A DNA stretch of 64,000 nt from Heteronotia binoei (Eukaryota), in NCBI RefSeq assembly GCF_032191835.1, contig NC_083240.1, positions 24,056,001 through 24,120,000 of the forward strand. The letters are read 5' to 3'. A program made the position numbers and the translations under genes. Shown in pieces: positions 55,401-64,000 of this stretch. How positions within the stretch are numbered: the first letter of the stretch is position 1; each line of letters begins with the position of its first letter. Under the pieces are notes generated by a model. That model saw only the letters and a program-made list of their open reading frames with translations. It searched no databases and had not been told where the DNA came from.

Positions 55401-58258
55401 GTGTGTGAAATTGTGCTGCTGAGGCTTCTCTTTTCGGCTTCGCTGGTGCTGCTTCTGTTTCTTCTGGATGGATGTTTTGCCAGCTGTTTCACCATTCACA
55501 TTGTGATCTAGAGAACACAAGATTTTTCAATATGCCACGAGTCAAGCCTTGTGGGCCCCAGACCCACCCAGTGCTGGGTGGAAATGCATGGCAGGAAGTG
55601 ATCAGCAGCTGTCAAGGCAGCTACTACCATGTGAAAACAGCTATCTTGTAAGAGGCTCCCAGCTCTGACTTAGATTGCCCAGGTTAGCCTAATCTCATCA
55701 GAACTCAAAAGATAAGCAGGGTGGGTTCTGGTTACTACTTGGATGGGAGACAACCAAGAGATGTCCACAGTTGCTACACAGAAGCAGGCAATGGCAAACC
55801 ACCTCTATTCATCTCTTGCCTTGAAAACCTTATAGGGTCACCAAAAGTTGGCTGCCACTTGACAGCACTTCCCATTAAGTTTGCAATCGAAGTTTGCTAA
55901 CAGCCATTTGCAGTTCACCATATAAGGCAGGTCTGGCATTGCCTCCAGGCTGGAAAGTTTTCCAGAAGTCTGCTGCCTTTCCCTGGAAGCCAGAAGTGAC
56001 TAGCAACATTTCTTCTCACTAGTTTGCAAGGCTCTTGTAACGTACAACTCAGTGGAGGAGCCCCAGCAAAATAACCAGTAGCCAGTCTCAGATATTGAAA
56101 CTTATGTCTCCCTCAGAGGACCCTTTCCTCACTGATAATACCCTATTCGTGTTTATCTCCACATACAAAAAGGTTCACATGCCTCCCTCCTTAAAATCGG
56201 AAGCAGCCCAGCCTGGCAGGAGCTGGTGCATCCTGTAATTCTCCAGAGTGGATACTCTGGCTCTGGGCCTGCACAAGCAAAGGAGCTGCATAGACAGATC
56301 TTACCAGAGCAAACTTGTGCTAATTCACATCTGTTGGGGCAGCAGCACTAAGAGCATATTTCAGTTCCCTGAGTACCCCAGGAGGCAGTTTTGGCACCGA
56401 AGCAGCACTGTGTACATATGCATGTGTGAAGTTTCCTTCTTCGGAGTCAGTTGCTGGGCCCATCAAGTTCACCACTGCTCTCAATGCCTGGCTGAGTTTC
56501 TCCAGCATCTTCAGCAAAGATGCAACGGTCACCTCGAGACTGGATTACTGTAATGCCCTCTACATGGGGCTGCCTCTGTACTGAACCCGGAGGCTGCAGC
56601 TGGTGCAGAACGCAGCGGCGAGGCTGTTATTGGGGCTCCCAAAATGGGAGCACATACAGCCAGGACTGCGCAGACTGCACTGGTTGCCAGTTATATACCG
56701 GATTCGTTACAAAGTGCTGGTCATTACCTTTAAAGCCCTATATGGCCGAGGGCCTGCCTACCTGAGGGACCGTCTTTCCCCACATGAACCCCAACGAGCA
56801 CTGAGATCAGCGGGGAAGAACCGGCTGACCACCCCCGGGCTGAGGGAAGTAAAACTGCAGAGCACTCGCACGCGAGCTTTCTCTGCTGCAGCTCCACACC
56901 TGTGGAACCAGCTCCCGGAAGAAGTGCGGGCCCTGCGGGACTTTGAACAGTTCCGCAGGGCCTGCAAGACCATCCTTTTTGGGATGGCTTCCACTGACTA
57001 AAAGATAGAGGAACTGCTTAAGTGATTTTACCATCTGTTGAAATAGCACCAGAATGTTAATTTTATTATTTTAGAATTTTAACTGTTATGCTAGTTATTG
57101 TTAAATTATTGTATAATTACTGTACCGTATTTGTATTTGATTTGATGTTGTTAGCCGCCCTGAGCCTGCTTCGGCGGGGAGGGCGGGATATAAATAAAAT
57201 GATTGATTGATTGAAAAAGGACCTTCTGTATGCAATAATCCGCTATTCATCGGCATTTGATAAATTTCACAGTTTACAGTGCAATGATCCACTATTCAGC
57301 TAAGGGCCTGTTTAGAAAAAACTGGTTTCTACCAAGTCAGACTTTCGGTCCGTATAGCTGAATTTTTAGCTGTCCAGAATCTCAAGTGGAGTGAAGTCTT
57401 CCTGAACAACAGTTACCCAAGGGAAAACAACCTACAATCTTTTGCATGCAAAGCGGGTGCTCCACTGCTGAACTTCTCCAATGCAATACTCATGCAATTG
57501 CAAACCACTCCAAAATTATTTCATAAAATTAACATCATGCAGTTTTCCTTCAGAAGGATGCCAAACAATATGACAACGCTTCTTTTAAAAAAAGAACGCT
57601 GTAATAAATACTTCCAAGTAATTGAAGAAATGAATAGCCCCCCCCCCCCCCCATTAGGAAACTAAACAAAACAACTTCATTTAAAACAAAAGAAAGGTTC
57701 TTCTAGGGCAGGGGTGGCCAAACTTCCTTAACTCAAGAGCCACACAGAATAAACATCAGATGTTTGAGAACCAGAAGACATGAATGATGTTTGAGAGCTG
57801 TAAGACAGGAAGGCAAACAGCGGGGAAGGCGGCAGGGAAAGGTGAAAAGAAAGCACCTTTAAATGCATTCTCCAAGTCGCCAGCTGGCTTGGCTTGGAGA
57901 AGTGATTTAAAGAAAGAAATGCCTTTTCCATGTCAGCTGATGGAGTGTTAGGAGATTCAGAGCCACACAATACGTGTGCAAAAGCCACCCTTGCTCTAGG
58001 GCAGCTCCTCCAGCTCAGCTCCTGCGCCTATTTCGCAGACAGGATCAGCAAGTCAGGACTAAGCCCCGCCCACAGGCTGATCGACGGACAGGAAGCCCCG
58101 CCCACCGCGCTCCCCTCACCGTCCGCCGGCTTCTTGGCCTCTTTCTCTGCCGGCTGGCGCTCCTTTCCGCTCAGCGTCTTCCGTCTCAGCAGCAGCACGA
58201 GAACGAGAGCGCCGAGCACGAGCGACACGCCGATCAGCACCCCAGACGCCTCGTCCAT
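49500..58258 (-). CDS. TBL2: Transducin beta-like protein 2 (ER-anchored WD40 protein), complete, 7 exons, 447 aa
   Basis: Exons 58120-58258, 55377-55507, 53130-53314, 52425-52576, 52130-52256, 51847-51999, 49500-49956 sum to 1344 nt. N-terminal hydrophobic helix GVLIGVSLVLGALVLVLLL; signatures RKEKPQQHNFTHPLLAAALK, DFSSNGKYLA, FVASCGFTPDVKVWEV, NESTRQRLQQQ. Confidence 0.97.
53990..54230 (-). mobile_element. Older Squam3-like SINE
   Basis: Diverged copy of the same unit. Confidence 0.6.
56521..57200 (+). mobile_element. L2 LINE 3' fragment, 5'-truncated
   Basis: QNAAARLLLGLPKWEHIQPGLRRLHWLPV...KVLVITFKAL; closely similar to 48380-48800. Confidence 0.92.
57709..57993. mobile_element. hAT-type MITE in TBL2 intron 1
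   Basis: caggggtggccaaac start; 8-bp flanks ttctaggg/ctctaggg. Confidence 0.75.
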
Positions 58259-58400
58259 TTCCTCCGCCCCGTGGCCGCCCCAGCGCGCTGAGCTAACTGA
58301 AAGGAGGCGAGGACGCATGCGTCGCCTTCCCCCCCCCTCATGATTGACGTGGCAAGTCAAGCTAAAAGTACGCATGCGCCTTTTCTTTGACGCCTCGTGC
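58030..58400 (-). promoter_or_regulatory. TBL2 CpG island and promoter (NRF1-like palindromes, TGACGTGG motif)
   Basis: CpG-dense; gacgcatgcgtc at 58312-58323, TGACGTGG at 58345-58352, cgcatgcgcc at 58371-58380. Confidence 0.8.
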
Positions 58401-58526
58401 CTCCTCTTCTACACCTCCTCCTCCCCTACTTGAACAGGTCTTTCCCCCCCACCCGAAGCAGACATCACTGATCAAGCCGGCAATAAATCCAAGTGGGCAG
58501 CGGTGTTGGTCTGAGGCAATAGAACA

Positions 58527-58792
58527 AAGCAGTAGACAAGTGTCACCTTTAAGACCAACTAAGTTTTATTCAAGTGGCACCTTTAAGACCGACTAAGTTT
58601 TCAGAATGTAAGCTTTCATATGCTCTAAGTCTAAGCAGACTTCATCAGACAAAAATGGAATGGCGAGCCGTCCTAAATATAGAGCCTGCTTGCCATTCCA
58701 TGTTTGTCTGATGAAGTCTGCTTAAAGCATACGAAAGCTTACATTCTGAATAAAACTAAATTGGTCTTAAAGGTGCAACTTGTCTTCTGCTT
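58527..58792. mobile_element. Penelope-like inverted-repeat hairpin with hammerhead-like core
   Basis: Arms ~58527-58668 and ~58688-58792; ctgatga...gaaagctt...ggtcttaaaggtgc on the right arm. Confidence 0.65.
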
Positions 58793-59035
58793 CAAGCAGG
58801 CAATGCAAGAGTCGCTCACGGTAATCGGAGAGGCTGGACTCGGCCAAGGTGGCCGATCTATCAGAGACTTCATTGTTTATTTAAAATGTATTTAAAGTAT
58901 TTATATGCCCGCCTTTCTTCCAGACATCCCAGTTCGGCACCCGAGTCTGGTAATTCTGCTGGAGTACTTTCAGAAGGTTGGCCGTGTTAAGCCTGCTGCA
59001 GCACAATAAAACAGGAGTCTAGTCACACCTTAGAG

Positions 59036-59327
59036 CAGGGGGTGGCCAAACTTACTTAACATAAAGGCCACGTAGAATAAACGTCAGATGTTTGAGAGCC
59101 GCAACACAGGAAGGCAGGTAAGCAGGCAAATAGGGAGGGAGGTGGAAAGAAAGCAACTTTAACTTTAGATGTATTCTTCAAGCTTCTGACTGGTTTGGCT
59201 TGGAGAAATGATTTTAAAAGACAAAATGCCGTCTCCAAGCCAGCTGATGGAGTGGTGGGGGCTTCGAGAACTACCTATATGTGAAAAAGCTACATGTGGC
59301 TCCCAAGCCGCAGTTTGGATACCCCTG
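59036..59327. mobile_element. hAT-type MITE nested in a Penelope-like fragment
   Basis: cagggggtggccaaac...tttggatacccctg; TSD ccttagag/ccttagat. Confidence 0.8.
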
Positions 59328-60374
59328 CCTTAGATATTAACAAGAGTTCATTCTAACATGAGCTTTATCTGAGTCAGCGCGCACTTTTTTTCAGACGTAC
59401 GCAGAGAATATCATCTTTCGCACTTTCTTTTTTAAATAACAAAGATCACAGAAAGGAGAAAGAAATGGAGTTGAAGCGCCTGTTATCAAATTCCTATTCA
59501 TTCAGGAATGAATGAAACGAAGGCATGTATATGCGATCAACCAGCCCCATCCTTTGGTTGGCAAGCTGCAATTGCTAAAAGGCAACTAGATCCGATATAT
59601 TTCGTGAGCCGATGGGAATGTTTCGCTCAGGTCCGTTTGGCGCTTAGCAGTGCCACGGTCCATAGCTGCTAATTCAGGGAAGCGCGGAGAGCCTGAGAGT
59701 GCTTTTGCGCGTGCGCGAACTGAGACCGGTTCGTACTGCAGCGACCCCTTCTAGAAGTTAGTATTGCATCTCAGATTATAACGGGGTTGCTCGCGCTGCA
59801 TTTTGAGCTCAAACCTGCGGAACGTCTTGCGGTTTAATTTGCAAAGATCGTGTGGGTACAGCCATGTGCGAGCGTTTTAAAGCTTAGGTGGCTCTAGAAG
59901 GAGGTTAGACGAGTCAGTGGGCGGGCCGAGGTCCCTCGATGGTTATCACCAGCAGTCATTTTGTAGAAAAATAGGTGGTGGAGCTCATCCAGGGATTGTT
60001 ATGCAGCTGCAGTACTATTCAATAAACAAGGAGGTGGAACTCTCAGAAGGAGGAGGAGGAACTCTCAGAAAGGTTCAGGAGCTGTGCTCCTGTGAGCTCC
60101 CACTGAATCTGAGCCCTGGTTATCACCAGTGCTGAACCTCCATATTCAGAGATAGTATATACTTCTGGCAAGGCAACAACAGGGAAGTGTGGTTGTCTTG
60201 CTGCTTTGTTTTGCATTTTAGCATCTGGCTAGCCAGGGCCAGTGTGGCTGGGGAGAGCTCCATTTGGCTAAGCCAGCCTCAAGCACACAGAGGACTTCGA
60301 ATCTAGACGCTTGTCAGTTGTTTGGCATTTGATAAGTTTCACTTGTTTATGTAGTGTCATTTTTTATTACAACT

Positions 60375-60640
60375 AAAGGTAAAGATAGTCCCCTGTGCAA
60401 GCACCAGTCATTTCCGACTCTGGGGTGACGTCGCATCATGACGTTTTCGCAGCAGACTTTTTACGGGGTGGTTTGCCATTGCCTTCCCCAGTCCTCTACA
60501 CTTTCCCCCCAGCAAGCTAGGTACTCCTTTTACCGACCTCGGAAGGATGGAAGGCTGAGTCAACCCTTGAGCCGGCTACCTGAACCCACCAAGCTTCCGC
60601 TGGGATCGAACTCAGGTTGTGAGTTGACTGCTAGGGGGCA
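60375..60640 (-). mobile_element. Sauria-type SINE
   Basis: aaaggtaaagatagtcccctgtgcaagcacc...ggaaggatggaaggctgagtcaacc. Confidence 0.8.
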
Positions 60641-62185
60641 TCAAAATCGGGGAGTGACCTGGGTCTTTGGGAGGCCTGTGGCTGGTCAGTGTAAGGAGGA
60701 GGGGACTGGACTAGATGGACCTTTGGAGTGATCCAGCAGGGCTTTGTTCAGGTATAATGTGTCATTAAACTGTCCCCTCCCTCTGGTTCCCTCTGTATTC
60801 ATGAGCTGCCTGGACAGGGGAGTGTCCCCATGCATTCTATGTATGCTCATGAACACTTTCCCCCTCAGGGTTTCCTCTACATTACTGAGATGTCTGGAGA
60901 CGTGAGCATCCATGTGGATGTGTACGGTGTTGCCTGGGTACCTTCAGTGCCGCCCTTCCTCAATTTTCTCCCTTGGGGGAGCTCAGTTCTACAATAATCA
61001 CTGCTGCATTTTGCATAGACATTGGTTGGAATCCCAAATGTATCTACTGGCTAATTTTCAAGATCCCATAACATCAGGATGTGTGTAAGGTGGTTTTAAT
61101 TAGTGCATATGTTGGTGAGGAGTGGGGGGAATCGTCTTCCAGCCCCACTACCTTTAGTTTCTAAGGTTCCTGATGTAATTTTGCCCCAGAAGAAACTCCT
61201 CTGTGCCCATTCAGTACCAGGATGCCTTGTGATCTTGCGGCAAGGGCTGCCACAGTTGGGACACATCTCCAGGGGAGCTAGGCCCTTCTGGGCACATGCA
61301 AAAAGCAGCATAATAACACTCAGGACAAGACTATGGCTCAGTGGTAGAGCATCTGTTTGGCATGTAAAAGGTTCCAGGTTCAGTTCCCGGCATCTGCAGT
61401 TAAAATGATCTGACGATGTGAAAGACCTCTGCCTGAGACCCTGGAGAGCTGCTGCCAGCCTGTGTTGATAACACTGATTTTGACAGACCAAGGGTCTGAA
61501 TCAGTATCAGGCAGCTACATATGTACCTGCACACCATACAGACAGAAGAGACATCCAGGCCCAAGGCAAGCAAATGCTAGAAAACCACAGAGAAAACACC
61601 AGAATGCCTAGATTGCAGCTGTTGAAACAAAAAATCTGGGCATTTTCAGACAGGAGGCTGACACTGGGCTTATGGTATAAAATCGACACCAGCGAGCAGA
61701 ACAGATCTTCCATTTTAAAATGTATCCTTCCAATACTAGCAGTATCCACAATCAGGGCGAGAGGCTCAGTGGCACCATTTGCTGTGGCATTTGTGGAAAA
61801 AACTAGCTCAGCTCGCAAGGCAATTAGCAAACTGATGGCCTCCAAAAAGACAACACCCTTTTGCAACCGCTGTGTATTTGTTTTGCAATTCCACACTGTC
61901 TCACTACAAACGTGCTCTTAAGTTATGCAAAATGCAGTTTTCCTTCGTTTCCAGCACAGTTTGGCGGATGAAGGCAGATAAAGAGGGTGGGTTGCCTTCA
62001 GCGGGGGAGAGGAAGCTTACCGGAATGTGCTCTGCACCCCATCTGCTTGAATGTGGGACTGAAAACCAAACTTGGAGTTTTCAAAAACAGGCTGGAAAAG
62101 ACAGTTAAAAACCTGTTGGAAAAAAGTTTACTCAGGAGCATCATCTGGTATTGCTCCAAGACTCACTCTTCCAGGCATGCGCATA

Positions 62186-62230
62186 TTTATTTCCAAACTG
62201 CTTGGCCAGTACATTTGTAAATAGTTTATT
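62186..62230 (-). terminator. Two tandem AATAAA polyadenylation signals, likely MLXIPL 3' end
   Basis: tttatt on the plus strand at 62186-62191 and 62225-62230, about 0.8 kb past the MLXIPL stop. Confidence 0.5.
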
Positions 62231-63046
62231 GCAAAACTTGTAAAATTGGCTTCTGGAATTTTCTGCTGCTCGAAGAAGCAGAAAGAGCAAAACAGTATCC
62301 TGGACTGTTTGTCCTCCTCTCTGTGCTAGATAAGAGGCATCTCTGAAAGTCTAGGAACACCCTGAGCTTGCAGTCTTCCAGACAAACCTTTCAGGAGTAA
62401 GACTACGTACCCTGTGGATTCTCCCTCCCCAGACTTCAGTCTTTCTCCCCAGGTTGACTGCTGTGACAGTTCTAATATGATGATGGGGCGAAGCCAGCAC
62501 ACAGAATGTTCTTTTTAGCAGAGGCACTGGCTTTGCCTCCTGTAACACTTTTGAAATGTGGGGTAAAAGCACGCAGGGCAGTAATCTTGGCACAGCTCTG
62601 GCTGAAGGCAGCAGAGATTATCTAGTGAACAAGGGCCACCGACACCACCTCGTTCCCAGAAAATGGTGCAAGTGAAGGGAGCTCCAGGCAAGCATACCCC
62701 CCCCACCCCACATTCTAGGCCCCTCTGGACTCTTAGGCAAGTCACAGGAAAGGTTACGTAAAAGACGTCAGCGAGATGAGATGGCCAGCAGGGGGGTTGC
62801 GGTTTCCACCCAGCCATACACAGTGATTTCCAGAGAGTCAGGAACAAGACGGTTCAGAAGAACAAGACAGTTCAGATGAAGAAGCTGCTGTGAAGGTCCC
62901 TTCCAGGTCAATGCCCAGCCCCATCCAGCAGGGGGCGACTCTTCCAGGCATCCTTTCTGCACAAACAGTTCTTCTGCAGGGGCGAAGGCTCTGTCTTGCT
63001 GTGGCCATTGCAGCTCCTCTCTCTGATTCACATTAGGAGTCTGGAG

Positions 63047-63168
63047 CTAGGAGGAGCTGTGGTTGGGGACTGTGCTCGTCACTGCCTGGGTGGCCTGTTC
63101 GGGGATGCCTGCTGGGTTGCTCAGGATCGAAGTGGAAACGCTCAGCTGGCGGAGGGAGCCCAGGACGG
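63047..63168 (-). CDS. MLXIPL: MLX-interacting protein-like (ChREBP), last coding exon only
   Basis: Acceptor ttcccag at 63169, then VLGSLRQLSVSTSILSNPAGIPEQATQAVTSTVPNHSSS*, matching the ChREBP C-terminus (LRQLGTSTSILTDPGRIPEQATRAVT). The IPEQAT motif and position next to TBL2/BCL7B favour MLXIPL over MLXIP. Confidence 0.9.
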
Positions 63169-63495
63169 CTGGGAAAGCAAGAGGGGGGAGAACATTTAGT
63201 GAAACCAGCCCTGTGGTACAGCTCCCTCTCAAGGGGCTGGAATCGACTAGCCAGCTTTGGAAATGCAGCCACCTCCTACGCTGCACCGTGCTCAAAGAAC
63301 CTACGGTGCATTGGGACCCTAATCAAAAAACTGTTTATACATCACAAAAATCCCTGAGATTCAAGCAGTCCTGCCTGACTTGCAGCCTGATCCAGGGCAC
63401 ATTTCACTTCCAAGTCCCATGGAGTACAATGCAACGCCCCTGCCCCACTGCCCCAAATTCTATTGCATCATCAGAACTGTGAACACACCACAGAA

Positions 63496-63612
63496 CAGGG
63501 CTTTTGTAGAAAAAGGCCCGCATGAACTCATTTGCATATTAGGCCACACCCCCAATGCCAAGCCAGCCGGAACTGCGTTCCTGTGTGTTCCTGCTAAAAA
63601 AAAAAAGCCCTG
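63496..63612. mobile_element. hAT-type MITE
   Basis: cagggc...gccctg with flanks ccacagaa/ccgcagaa. Confidence 0.8.
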
Positions 63613-64000
63613 CCGCAGAAGATTCCATTCTTGCATCTGGCCCCCAGTAGGAGGGCTGTCAACTTCCAATGTATTATCTGTGTCTCTTTGATGAACTGTC
63701 TGGAATGTGTGAGCAGAATGCTTAGCCTGTGGCAGAATCAAAAGTTAACCTGCTTGGCCTCCTAGGAGCTGGGAAATATCTTAGTACCAAGGTCATTACT
63801 CCCTCCCTTGGATGTTAAGTTGAAAGCTTGGTAGTGAATGCGTGTGTGTGACCTACAGCCACTAAACTTGAACTGTCTTCGAGCCCTAACTTCACGTTTA
63901 GCGACCATTGCAAGGGTATATAATCTGAACCTGTACTGCTGTGCATTACTTTCGACACTGCTTGGCAACAAGTCAGTGTATCCTGCCTTACAGTAAATGC

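Noticed and set aside
61318-61400. tRNA-like A and B box sequences
   Set aside because: SINE heads; no intact cloverleaf.
61507-61921. Overlapping 115-aa and 129-aa ORFs
   Set aside because: No recognisable domain or splice context; within chance expectation.

Overview
This is vertebrate genomic DNA. The repeat content (squamate tRNA- and 5S-derived SINEs, Sauria-type SINE, BovB, L2, CR1, Penelope-like elements, hAT MITEs) points to a squamate, probably a gecko (inference). I traced five intron-containing genes by hand, all on the minus strand, using GT-AG junctions and phase continuity. (1) A divergent maestro heat-like repeat (MROH-family) gene: 17 exons, about 635 codons with no stop or frameshift, continuing off the left edge; first exon not found. 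(2) Complete MKS1 (18 exons, 559 aa). (3) Complete BCL7B (6 exons, 202 aa). (4) Complete TBL2 (7 exons, 447 aa). (5) The last coding exon and 3' UTR of MLXIPL. There are two assembly gaps (about 8520-8823 and 31013-31253). There is no CRISPR array, prokaryotic system, or true rRNA/tRNA gene. I found no clearly new biological system. The best second-look items are a 14-bp-TSD-flanked fold-back insertion with ~315-bp arms, the intact orphan MROH paralogue, the BCL7B-MKS1 synteny junction, inverted SINEs bracketing 312 nt of MKS1 exons, Penelope-like hairpins with hammerhead-like cores, a UPRE-type motif in the TBL2 promoter, and a CpG-rich patch with no assigned gene. Exon coordinates were counted by hand. 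Repeat boundaries are approximate and family names come from recognition, not database searches.
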